Of a stretch of DNA of 64,000 nt, positions 1-12,076 are shown piece after piece; positions within the stretch are counted from its first letter, which is position 1; each line of letters opens with the position of its first letter. This DNA comes from Iphione sp. A-MEVVRFRX5 (lineage: Eukaryota), in assembly GCA_976226885.1 (NCBI GenBank), contig OZ320313.1:73594001-73658000 (forward strand), written 5' to 3'. Made by a program: the position numbers and the translations under genes. The notes beneath the pieces were generated by a model that ran no database searches, was not told the DNA's origin, and saw nothing but the letters and a program-made list of their open reading frames with translations.

Positions 1-181
1 AGAAGTCGGGGGCACCTGGTCCCAGCACAGATCGAATCAATGGCCTACTTCAAGCAGGCGTGAAACCTTATAACCGTATAACTCCGCTTCATTTAATATT
101 AACGATTTCAGTAGGAGCAAGAGTTTTCAGAGCTCAAGTGTTGTACCCTGAAACTCAAATTGTTTCGTCTTTCCTCTTCAG

Positions 182-225
182 GAAACTATTGCAGGAAAAC
201 AAAATGATGGGCCAAGATAGAGATG
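182..225 (+). CDS. IRAG2: IRAG/LRMP (MRVI1/Jaw1) family protein, internal exon at the end of the coiled coil; the gene starts upstream of the window
   Basis: ttcctcttcag acceptor and GTAGGT donor; encodes KLLQENKMMGQDRD. Phase 2 to 1 chains with the next exon. The full chain gives about 281 aa with family motifs. The symbol is approximate; this is probably a pro-ortholog of IRAG1 and IRAG2. Confidence 0.7.
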
Positions 226-419
226 GTAGGTGATTGCTGAATATGTAAAGGATTGCGTACAGACTAACTAAAGTAAAAACTATGTATGTACCAGAAGCCA
301 AGATGATTATTTGAAGTTTGATTCTTATTCTTTCGAATTATTATTTATAGAGACTGTCCTCCATATTTTTTAACATAATTCATTAGTTTTCATGTTAGGT
401 CTTTCAATTCCTTCCGCAG

Positions 420-472
420 GTGATGGTCTACAAAAGCGGTCATATTCATTAGCAGGAAGTGGAGGACTTAAG
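420..472 (+). CDS. IRAG2: IRAG/LRMP family exon with the first PKG/PKA-type site
   Basis: ttccttccgcag acceptor and AAG|GTAAAT donor; GDGLQKRSYSLAGSGGLK resembles IRAG1 RSMSL as recalled. Phase 1 to 0. Confidence 0.75.
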
Positions 473-3400
473 GTAAATATTGTTTGGTCCTTCCACTGTG
501 ATTTTATGTTTAATGCATTTCATGATTTCTGTTTCAGGCTATTTAGGCAGGATAAATATATGATAAATCGTTCTACTGAAATTGGTAATAAAAATCATGA
601 CGTCAAAGGTACAATATTGAAGAACCATTTGTGTTTCATTCGAGGTCAAAGCAATTTATGTAAGGATAATTTCATAATCAGGTGTGTCTCTGCGAACTAA
701 TACCAGTTGAATTACAAAATAATGTTTGTATATCTGTGTATGTGGTTAGAGACAGAAAAACGCCCAATTATTACTGTTATGTAAAGGACGCTTTATATGC
801 CGATTGTTATATTCGTATGACGAAAACGAAAGCGTTTATACGTTAGGCGGTATATTCCCTACTATTAGTCTTCACCACACCTAAAAGCTTTCCTGCGCTC
901 CTTCAGTGACAGGCGACCGACCTTCCCTTCTCAATAAAGCTATGGTTGCTAAGTAGGGCAATGACGAGCGATGTCAGAAGGATTTTAGATCGAGCCAATC
1001 TACGCTTGACAGGTTATATGGTGGTGGCGGGCGAAAAGTCACAGGAAAGACCTGCAAAGATTGGGTAGGAGGACTGTGGGCGAACGGGGAAGGCAGGCAG
1101 CAGGATACAGGTCGGGCACGTCAGTGTCGATATAAGGAAAATGCCACAGTTGCCGAATAATTGCATGGATGAACTTGCCCTGCCTGGCGTCGGGACGGAG
1201 GCTGTTGTGCCTCCGGCTGGGTTCTGCCTAATCCACGCAAGCATGCAGAAATTTATCGAGCAACTCATTTTTCACGGCCGAGCATTGCCACCATTCGCCA
1301 GGGAATGTTGTCGTCCTTTGCAGAAGCAGGCTGTATTTCAGTCCCGGTATCTCATATATCTGCCACTCAACCCATCGAGAAAGCTTGCAGTATAAAAGGA
1401 GTCTACATCAGCTAATACTGGTCGCGACTAAAAAAAAATGTCTTTTAAGATTATGGGGAACTCGTACTTTGCAGGTTAACAATGCAAGTAGTGCAGTTTG
1501 GATGACTTCGACTTAAAGAAAATAGTAAGGACATTCGTTGGGGTGGCAGCTTCCTAACCTTAGATTAAGACTGCCTCATATGAGGACAAAACGGTGACGA
1601 AAAAGGGTATACATGTATATGTAACACTTTTAGACAGTAAAAATGAAACCCAGAGAGATGATGTATGATGAATCGACGTGGGGAGTGTTTGGATTGATGG
1701 AGACTGGGGAATGTGTGAACCACCTGCGCAGGAAAACGCTGTTCACTGTGGGGAGTATGTATAGATGTAAGCCTGGCTCAAGGCCTTACTCAAATAATTT
1801 GGATAAATGTGCAGCTGTAGGGCTCTAGGTGCCAGGACTTCCTTGGCTGCTCTTATTCCAAACAGTATACCTAATATGAATTGTTGATTTTGATCAAAAT
1901 TTAGCAGTCCTCTTTTTATTACAACATCTGCACTTGACATTATACGTTGCTACCTTGTCGGAGTGTCGTAGAAGCAATATTGCATGTGATATGAACTCAT
2001 TTATTGAATAATCATCGTTACAAGGTACTTTTACATCGTCCTTACCTTGAAATTTGATAACATGAATGCAGAAGCTTATAGGTCTTCTCATCCACCTGCC
2101 TAGACTGTTACGTCCAGCTTACCCTGGACGACACTAAGATGCTGCCAATTCAGAAAAGCGCAGTGATGCATCGGCCAGTAAAAGAAATGTTCTCTTCTAA
2201 ATATGTAGATGTAATTTAATATTTTTGAACTACGTTTTGTCAGTGGAAATTCAGTAGGCCCCGCCATTAAAGACGTAATAGAGATGTACTTTATATCACG
2301 CGTTGGAGACGAGAACAGTTTTGATGGATGTTTCTTTGCTACTTTTATGCATTATCTAAATTAGCGTAAGCTTCCTTTCTTCACCCTTTCTCACCCTAAA
2401 GTAAACTCATTTTCGTTTTATACATACATGTATATGATAATTGGATCATAGCGTTCGGTCAGAATATTGCGAATGAACGTTTTAAGTCCATCCTCTCGGC
2501 ATAAGCTGAAATACTGCAGTGGTTATTAGTTTACTGTTGCCTGGCACTATTTCTAATTGAATCTATCACCAAGGTAAAGAAATTACCACTCGGATTAGCC
2601 ATTGCTCTTGTTATGTAAAGGCGGGCTTGTTCAATTTTTATGTTGATCCTGTCATTTCAAGATGGCAACATTCTTATTAATTTGGAAATACAGTGCGTGC
2701 AACATACAAAGAATCGATTTGCATGGTTGTACATTGAAAGATAGTTTAGTTGCTTCCTCGCCTCTTTCTCTCTCTTTCACGCAGAACTGTTCCCCTGAAA
2801 TCATATACTAATTGTCAATGATTCCTCCGAAGTAACTTTCCCTCCTCCTGTCAAACCTCCTGTACCTTGGTCGTTGTGTGTAATCCCTCCTTTGTCTAAA
2901 AATCTCCAGGGAGGGATGGATTCGTGGAACGGCATGTCTAACCGCTCCTCCAAACCCGGTGCTTCTATGTCGTCCTCCATGAAGGTATATGCGCCTTCCT
3001 CTGTGACAAGTGTCTTCGGGTCTTCTATGTTCTTTATGCCCGTGTCCTGGCGTTGTGTAACCCCGTGTAACCGTGTGCCTCTGTGTTTCTATGTGTACGT
3101 ACGTACGAGCGCTTTGTAGTTTTCACCCTACAGACATACTGCATGCAGACGTCTGTGCGGAGTTGCTCAGCTGCTGGCAGGCAGATGTATAAGGATGAAG
3201 TTCAACACTTGATAGGAATGCTACATGTTTTCTTGTTGATTTTCTTACACTACAGAGTTTGTCAATTAATTTTATTACACTCTGTTGACCTGTACAGTAC
3301 TCGTGTATAATAGAGAAAATGACATTACTGCAATACATCATGTAGCAAATGTTCGTCTTCATGTTACCTTTTTTATTTCAAGACATTGTCCTGAGATTTA

Positions 3401-6400
3401 TATTGAGGCTGCTTGAAGTTGGTGGCCCAAGTGAGAGTAACATTGTTACATAATGACAAAGTACAAGGCTAGTTTTCATAATCTCACGTAAGACAGTGTT
3501 TATTGAATGATATTTTTGAAATACAGAATGATTTTGACCTATGGAATACTAAAGGTCTTTAAACTGCATTTGGATGAAACCATGTCCTCTAGTTTGGCCC
3601 ATATTCTAAGTGTTGATGTTTCTTTAGTAGAGTAGTATCTTATTGTTCAGCAAAACATTTAAGAACTGGAAGTTATGGTAATATTAGCAATATCGATAGT
3701 TTTAATATTTAACCATCACTGTCCTGTACTTCTAAACCTTATACATGTACATGTATTTTCAGACAGATTTCTCTTTAAATATTGATCATCGAAACGAATC
3801 GTTGACAGTACATGCAGGCTAAACAGTACTAAGAAGGAAATTATCATGTGCACAAACACATTTTGTTGTTTTCTATTTTAGACAATGGTGGTAGCTAGGA
3901 GGTTCTTAAAAAGTATGCGGTTTCTTACTTTTTTACCTTATTCCTCTATATCTTCGTGTTGTGGATACAGTATACGACCATTTATATCGCCCCTATAGTC
4001 TTACTTTTTTTAAGTAATGCAAGGCACGAGTTGTGGAACTTTGGTCCATTGGTGATATTTTAATGGTTTGTTGTCGCAATGGTACCGCTAGTCATGTGCA
4101 CCTTAGGAGGAATAGGGGTACATACATGTTTGAAATCAAGCTTGCACTGCTGCTGCTGCAGGACTAACAGAACCTTGTCCATCTTGCCCTAACTTATGGC
4201 AGGTCAAAGACAAGACGCACGCCAATTGTAAGAAGTAGAATTAGCCCCTGGTCGAGTGACTTGCCAAATGCTAAGGGCACGATGTGTGTATGGCCCCTCG
4301 GGGCTTTATCGCAGTTTGTGTGTATAACCTCGTTATACTTTACCTTATATAAAATTTGCTGAAGAACATTGAAGCGCCAGGTCTCATATGAAGAAAGGAT
4401 GTTTTTAAATGGTTTGCTGTTTGATGAAATTGACAATGAAACCGACTCCCAGTTTCAAATCTAATGAAGACTAAGTAGCGGCGAAGTATATTAGTTTAAA
4501 TTGATGTTAACGTTAGTCAATATGGCACGTGATAGTGAGTTACATAATGCTGCATTGGTGATTTTAAGCCTAGAGGTCTTTGTTTTAAACTAGGAAAACG
4601 TTAATATAGTAACATTCATATCACACTTTCACATTTATAGTCTAAGTTACAAAATGTACATGCGGCGCGTTTTCTCTGGAAATGATTTTAAGTATACTCC
4701 TCTCGAACATATGCCTGTATGTCTGACCCCCACTATCCCCACTGTATTATTAGGCTTGTGGAAGGTATTGAATTTCATTACTTACTATATACATATAGGA
4801 AACAAAGAAACTCAAGAAGAATACCTATAGGCCATAAACGTGACCAATTTCCTTAAGAGGTCGCTTGAGGAACTTGGTCCTTCATGTTTTTCTGGAACTG
4901 TGACAAGAAAATGCAGTTTTTATGTTTGCTGCAAATAATTTCTATCAATATTTTCGGTCTATTTGATTGCTCTTTGTTAATTTATGCACCAAAAGACCTT
5001 TCTTGGCCAAGAGCATAATAAAAGTATGGTCTATGCCTTATATATTATTTTTTATGAATTTGGCAGTATGCATATTTTTTGCCTTTCTTATTTGCATTTT
5101 AGTTTAATTCGTGTTTTTATTCATTTCTCCGAATTAGCACACTGCTAGGTGCATGTCTTCTATATATACAATTAATATGAAAATGAAAGAAATTCTCGTT
5201 TGAATGACAATGAGAGCCTCAAGAATATTCCCATTCCCTTCCCCCCTCTCACTGCCTCCCCCCTATCTTTCACTTTTCTCCTGTCTCTTTCTTTCGAGGC
5301 TATCCCTGTCTCTATCTTCCTGACCTCCTTCACTTGCATCCATTTGTCGCACTGGCCTCCACCCCGCCATCCACCCTTTCGTGTTTTTTTTCACGTACAT
5401 TGTTGACATTAACCTCATTTCGATCACATATGTTACGGTTCTTGCTTACGAAGTACCATATATGCGCACAAACAAGAAGCAGCTGGGCGGAATTTTCGTG
5501 ATCATGGTGACATGTGTGCTGTTATCGTATTCTAGTGTGTAATTTATATTGTATCAGCTTTGAAGGCGCTAACTTAGCCATTGCTTGTTCTCTCTTTCCT
5601 TTTTTTTCACTATTTTTAATGCTGGGTTGATTGTAACAGAGGACCACCATTAGTAAGCCATCTCATGTGCTCGCCGCTGCCTCTTTATGTCAACACGCTT
5701 TTTTCTTCTGGCCAGTTTCAAAAGACACTAGTCATCTAACTTTGGATGTGCTTCTAACTTTACGGCAGTGCTAAATCGTTAGATATATTGGTCACAAATG
5801 TCATGTATTGTTATTTATCTTTCCTTCTGTTTAGTTTCCGGACGTTTTTACACTCTCTTTATGTTAGCCTTAAACCTGTTTCCTAATTGTAGGTTTGCAC
5901 ACTCTATTTTTCAAAGACGTACCTTTTTCACCTTTGAGCATGTTAGGTAACTTTTCAAATGACATCAGCCTTTCTGCGCCTTTTTCAGTATTGTAAAAGC
6001 ACTATAGAATAAAAAAAAATCTCTTGAAAGAGTATGATAAAATGTTTTAAAAAAATCTATCAGTAGGAGACGTCCCCTCACAGAATTTTGAGTTTGATAA
6101 ACAATCTCCCATCCGTAAAAAAAGAAAGATATATGCATTTAAGGTATTTAGAAGTTTCCTCTGGAGGTGGCTTACCTGAACGAGCCAGTGCGCTTGTGAA
6201 AACCCTCTATGTCTAGGGACACACTTGTACCTATTATCCTGGTTAAGTTTAGGAGAGGTTTGCTGTGCCACATGTACCCGAAGCACCTTTGTTTTAACTC
6301 TTTTCGCGCTCTGAACTGCGCCTCTTGCCCCTTTTATCCCGTTCTGCATATCTTGATATCACTATTGAAGTGTGTTTCCTTTAGTGGCAACAAGAAATTA

Positions 6401-7111
6401 AGCAGCGGTTTACCGCTTATATAATCGGCCTTCTAACAGTCATATTCTTCAACTATATATGACAAAAGGATAGATTCACATGTATTTTTACCTGGTTTCA
6501 TTTTCCAACTACTTACGCAAGTTTGTAACAACGAAGGCATGATATTCCTCTGCAAGAAATTTTGCTGTTTAAGCTTATTGTACATTCAAGGTAACAGCTG
6601 TGTACCTGCATGCCACACGTAGTTAGACAGGTAGTTTTTCTGCTTTTGTAGCCACATACCATCACTCAGCAACAGTACATGCATAGGAAAACTGTCGTTT
6701 TTGTCAACGTCAATATGAGAATTAAACAGTGTTTGTTGATTCATTTATTGATACATATGTCCTCTCTCTAAACTGACGAGCCCAAGCTGCTTCTTCTTTT
6801 CTCTTCTTCCTACGTCAACCCAGCCCGTGAATAATTCTTTTAATATAGAAGGCGATTACTCTTACCGTACTTACATAATTAAATCATTTTCGAATTGGAA
6901 GTACACCATACCCATGTACGTAAAGAGGAAACGATGTCGAAGGGCATATAGTATTTTTTATTTATTTCGGACAGAATCACACATTTGATAACGATCATTT
7001 ACCACTGGCGCCCTTCCATTCATGTGATGGAGCCCACCCCCGTGGGCCCCCTTTAGCCTGTTATGTTGCTTAACAGGCAGTGTTTTTTTGCTGTTGCTCC
7101 ATCGCCATCAG

Positions 7112-7207
7112 CCGGCAGGAAAACGTCGCGCGAGCGTTGCAGCGTTTCCGAGAAAGCTGAGCACGCTGGGGGTGGCGTCTAGCACTTCCGGCCTCGACCA
7201 ACCAATG
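7112..7207 (+). CDS. IRAG2: IRAG/LRMP family exon with the RRASV site
   Basis: ctccatcgccatcag acceptor and ATG|GTGAGT donor; PAGKRRASVAAFPRKLSTLGVASSTSGLDQPM matches IRAG RRVSVAVxPK as recalled. 96 nt, phase 0-0. Confidence 0.85.
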
Positions 7208-8437
7208 GTGAGTGAGTCGTCACCTCCTTCCAGTAAACAAGCCTCAGCGTTAAGACGTATTACCATAGAGGAAGGTCGAATGGCTTTTACCCCAGGAAGC
7301 TTTGCCTGTGGAGTATATTTTATCTGATACGTTTTGCTTTTATTTTTGAAACCAGTAGGCCTATGGTTTATTCTGTAAGAGCCATATGCATTAATACCAT
7401 CGCCTCTTATGCTGATTTCCAAGCAGTCCACTAGAGTGAATGAGTACCTTACAGGAAAGCTGATTTATTAGTGCCTTTGCATCATTTAGCCGTACTATGC
7501 TCCCAAACACCTGGATATGTATGTGCAAGCACCACCATTTCTTTGTAGCTACCCTGGCTGCAACTCAACTGAACTTTTACATTGTATTGGCAAATGAATG
7601 TCTTTAAGCCTATAATCCATGTGCACGCATGTCCAAATGCAGATTTGAAGGATCAATACAGCAGCAGGGTTGCCCTGTATGGACTGGTACTATGTGTCAT
7701 GGTGTCTGTCAATTATCTCTCAAATCTGTTTGCAGCCTTGTCGAAAAATTTAGAGAAGCCAGACTTGTATAATGACCAATGGAATTACGTACGGGCACAT
7801 GGATCTTAGGCCAAAGTCCTTAAGTAGCGGAAGCTAGAGGGGAGAAACGCTAATAGATGTTATGTTTAATCTATTCAACGCACCATATAGGATAAAGACC
7901 ACTAGTTTATAAGAAATTAGAGGTAAGACTTACTGGTCGGTATTGAGTACGACGCGCATCGTCTTTTCTCTTTTGGTGCATATTTGGCTCTTAAGTTATC
8001 ATTAGCTAGGTCATTTTCATTGTGTGAATTAGTTGATTACTATCTCTTTAACATGGATGGGGCATACAAGCTTCAGCTGGCATGCATATTTAATCGATAT
8101 GGTTGATGTGGGATGTTTTATTTTATTTTGTTTTGAAGTTGTAATTTGTAACAGCTTGAGGCACCTTTATAACATTAATTAATACTATTAATGGTGCATA
8201 TATGTACATGTATATATCAGTCACGATATACAGCAAAACGAAGTCCGTCTTTCTATATAGTTTAATGAAAAAAAAATGTTTAGGTACGATATAAAATGAA
8301 TCCATAAAAAAAACTGAAAAAGACTCATATTTTGTGATTCCAATAAAGATATTTTTAGCTTTGTCATATCGAATGTTTCTCGAACACAGGCTGTTCATTT
8401 TTATCAAATTTAATTTTGTCTTGTTTTTAATCAACAG

Positions 8438-8473
8438 TTTTCCAAGGTCTTACTCCATCAGGCCTTTGATGAG
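8438..8473 (+). CDS. Candidate 36-nt cassette exon of the IRAG/LRMP gene
   Basis: ttttgtcttgtttttaatcaacag acceptor and GAG|GTATAC donor; FSKVLLHQAFDE; phase 0-0 inside a phase-0 intron. No homology support. Confidence 0.4.
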
Positions 8474-9109
8474 GTATACATTAAGTATTGCTCCTCTCCA
8501 GATAGGGATTCGTAAAACGACTCGAATTAATAATATGAATTACTATGATTCCTACTGCACCTATATTGATTAAACATGTCTCGTTAGTATTAGAATCGCC
8601 TTATCTTTCTTGGACATTGTTTTGGATTAAGTGTAGGTACAAAATACAGCGATTTGTTGATGACAGCGATTTCTATACATTTGTTGCATCTGTCTGCGGC
8701 ATGACTATTCGTCCCATCCTTTGTAGACTTAGCATTCTATTATTTATAGGTGAATTTCCTTTCCCTGTATGTTTTATTCACGTCTACCTGAAAACTTGTC
8801 CTGCTGAACCCCTCTCAGCAAATTATTTATTAAACCAACTCCAAAATGTGAAGTAATATTTTAAACCACTCTTCATAGATATAAGAGAAATGTACCCTGT
8901 AATCAATGTAAAGCTTCCAGTGCCTGTTGATAAAATTAATGTCTCGACACTCCACTAAGGAGAATACAGATTTGTATTCACGATTTGTTCATAATTTGTA
9001 GAAACAAGTAATGCTTGAGCAACATATCCGGGATGTAAAATTACCTCGAACATAAACATGAACACCCCTGAGTGTTGATGGTGCCTGTATTGACTCTTGT
9101 GGCCTGCAG

Positions 9110-9252
9110 GACCCCAAAACTAGATTCCAGACGTTAATCGCCGACACGGCGGCCAAGGCGAGCGTACTCGACCAGTTCCGGAGGTCCATATCACTCGACC
9201 AACAGCCAAGCCGCCCAGTCGACGAGCAAGACAAATCTACCATAAAACACAG
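9110..9252 (+). CDS. IRAG2: IRAG/LRMP family exon
   Basis: ctcttgtggcctgcag acceptor and CAG|GTAAAC donor; DPKTRFQTLIADTAAKASVLDQFRRSISLDQQPSRPVDEQDKSTIKH; phase 0 to 2. Confidence 0.85.
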
Positions 9253-10367
9253 GTAAACAGGCCATACCACAGCTTCTCGTTATGGGCGGGTGCACATGTG
9301 TTTAAATATAATTTAACTGCAATGCGTTGCGAACAGGATATGCCAGGTTTATCTAAAGGCATTCGATTTATTTGTATGTTTTATGGGATAGCAGTTAATG
9401 CTTGGGTTAATACGGGTTAAGAAGTAGCAGTCTCACCTTTGCCAACGGTGAGGTCCGACATACAGGATAAAGTAGGGGACGAAATATCTGATTCCACAAG
9501 TGTAAGTCATAATTTTTAAAGGAAGGCTTATTTGTGTGTGTGTGTTTNNNNNNNNNNNNNNNNNNNNNNNNNNNNNNNNNNNNNNNNNNNNNNNNNNNNN
9601 NNNNNNNNNNNNNNNNNNNNNNNNNNNNNNNNNNNNNNNNNNNNNNNNNNNNNNNNNNNNNNNNNNNNNNNNNNNNNNNTCTTTAGTCTATTGGCAATAG
9701 TTCCTGGAGTGTATACAGCAGAACGCCACATTACGAACAGCCCTGGGACTGAAGCAGCAAGTGTCCATAAGGTGGTCATGTCCGTATTATGATCTACATT
9801 GTTATAAAGAAAATGCAGGTTCTATATTCACTAGGTAGTCGTGTCCACTTCACGATCTTCCTGCAAGGTGGCCATCCACTGTTTATACTAATGCATATGT
9901 CATTGTATGAAGTAGACTGTTGGTTGGGGAGCTGAGACAGGTACAGAGTGTGCAAAAGCAGGTTATACCTGCAAGCCTGTGTGAATGGCTTTGTGAAGGG
10001 CATGCATACATGTATTTTCACAGTTAGAGCGACACTATAAAAGGTGTGCGTGGACTTAAGAAGAGATCCGGAAATCTGGCGAGTGTCGTTGACACCAATA
10101 TACATGTTTTTAAATTCAGAAAGATTTAATGTAAATTATCTTCTTTCAGTATCAATAGTATTCTATTTTGCTCGTATTTATAAAGAAAGAAAAATATTCT
10201 GCCTGAGGAAGTCTACGGGAGTAGACGAAACGTCGCAGCAGCTCATGTACACATCAGTCAAAAAAAGTCCTAAAGTCTTTGCAATTGTTGTTGGTTGGGT
10301 GTTCTCTGTCATTAGATTTATAAAGAAATAGTTTGTTAGAGATGTTAATAAAACTGTTTTGTTGCAG

Positions 10368-10502
10368 CCTAACGAATGGTGCTAAGCTGAACTCTTCACA
10401 AGATCAGCACGAGACTGCAGAGAAGTCGCTGAATAGTGAGAATTTACAGAAAAACCTAGACTCCAATAGCAACATAAACGAAGAGGCAGCATTTCAGAGA
10501 GG
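10368..10502 (+). CDS. IRAG2: IRAG/LRMP family exon
   Basis: ctgttttgttgcag acceptor and GG|GTAAGC donor; ...NSNINEEAAFQR; 135 nt, phase 2-2. Confidence 0.85.
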
Positions 10503-10774
10503 GTAAGCTTCTAAAACATGACCCTAACACTTGTATATTGGTGGCATGACATGGCCATCACAGAAAGCACGATCTTTTCATTATCATGATCTGTGACGAC
10601 GGATTTTTGCCTCTAGTGGAGGTCAGTTATTCAAAATTTGGGGGGATTCGTCACCCAACTGCCTGAAGTTTTGAAGATTTCTGATGTACTATCGGAAGCA
10701 TTGGAATTTAAAGGAGATTCAATATCTGATAACATTGACTAAAACTCTGGTTATTTCAACCAGTTATAATTATA

Positions 10775-10954
10775 CAGTTGAAACCCTATTTGCAACCACA
10801 TCATTTTGTGGACCAAGCTTAAGTGGTCGCATTGGTGAATTTGGTCATAAATAGGGTATCAAGTGTGTGGAATCAGGATTTTTGTTGCAACCTCGGGTGA
10901 TCGCAAATAGAGAATGGTCACAAAACGATGTGGTCGCAAATAGGGTTTCGACTG
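10775..10954. mobile_element. Tc1/mariner (pogo/Tigger-like) MITE, 180 bp, in an IRAG intron
   Basis: TA|CAGTTGAAACCCTATTTGCAACCACATCATTTTGTG ... CACAAAACGATGTGGTCGCAAATAGGGTTTCGACTG|TA; about 36-bp TIR with 3 mismatches; TA flanks on both sides. Confidence 0.85.
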
Positions 10955-11343
10955 TACATATACATATACGCCAAGTGCATGCACATGGACATATTTCCTG
11001 GGTTACGTTACTGTGCATCACTCACCAACAGGTGGCTTCAACACATAGTGGGTTGTCACTAGAACAAAGATCAAACATTGGAATTTCTGCCAGTTGTTTT
11101 GAAAGGTATAGCAGTGAAAATATATATGTACAGGGATTCCTGACACAGAATCCGCTATGTGCACACTCTACTAGCTCTCTAAGACGGAAAGCAGACACGT
11201 CCTTTACTCTCATTCTACTTGATATGTAAACGTGCACGTCCGTATTACGAATTAAAGTATTTTCTGTGTGCTATGATTTATTTATGCCTCAAGGATAGCG
11301 GAAGCTTTGCATTGATGGCACATTCATGTCTAATCCGCCACAG

Positions 11344-11472
11344 GTATGAAGAGGGACTGCGAGCCAATCTAGGCGCTGAGTTCGCCGAGCTGCGACAACA
11401 ACAGCGGGCCCTGCATGACAATATCGAGAGTCTGACCGACCAGAATGAAGTCCCAGATGAGGAAGAGGAAAG
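11344..11472 (+). CDS. IRAG2: IRAG/LRMP family exon (short coiled coil and acidic stretch)
   Basis: ccgccacag acceptor and AG|GTAGGC donor; GYEEGLRANLGAEFAELRQQQRALHDNIESL...EEEE. Spliced EEAAFQRGYEEGL resembles IRAG1 EEEAYSKGFQEGL as recalled. Confidence 0.9.
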
Positions 11473-12076
11473 GTAGGCCCCTACACTACATACCTTGCTG
11501 TACACACGTGGCCAGTTGCATGGATACTTTCTTCACGTGAATAACTCATCGTGAAGGAAATGTGATTATTCATCCTAAAATATTAGTTGTGTGGAATGTA
11601 GAACTAAATTGTTTTGCTGTACCAAGACCTGCATAAACATATATGCACATATATGTTCTTCACTACTAGATTATTTCTATGCTTTTTTGCTCAGTTCAAA
11701 AAGTTCCTTATTCATAAGGAACAAACTGTCCCTGCAACTGGCCAACACTGTGTATGCATCAGTAAGATAAGCTGCGTCATGTGATGGAGAAATTTCCGTG
11801 TTCTGGACACGTAACGTCCTCTTTGTTGGCGCGCCGTTTATTTTATGGTAACTGTAGAATACATGTCCCTTATGTATATGACTAAAAATCGTCAAGAACC
11901 AACCGTGTGTCGTCCATTTGGGCATGTTATTTGCCTTGTACAGATAAGGAGAGTTGTAACTGCTATCACTGTCTGCAACAGATAACCAGAGGGGATAAAC
12001 TTAACGGATGTACCGTTTATGCACGTGATCTGTATCCTTTGACCTGCGCCAAATGCCATCTTCTGTCTGTCCACAG

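Noticed and set aside
2849-3080. Acidic minus-strand frame (KHRGTRL...LRRNH*) suggesting a nested gene
   Set aside because: The Glu/Asp content follows from a TC-rich plus strand, and no consistent upstream minus-strand exon chain (4344-4416, 6176-6349, 6517-6549) could be assembled.
7108-7431. 107-aa minus-strand ORF (MDCLEISIRG...)
   Set aside because: Antisense to the IRAG exon 7112-7207, which has strong splice sites and a family motif; no credible start or splice context.
8989-9270. Minus-strand ORF resembling a signal-peptide protein
   Set aside because: Antisense shadow of the IRAG exon 9110-9252.
9701-9771. Exon-like segment after the first gap (FLECIQQNATLRTALGLKQQ)
   Set aside because: Its phases (0 to 2) do not fit the phase-2 intron and the adjacent gap (N 9548-9679) prevents evaluation.
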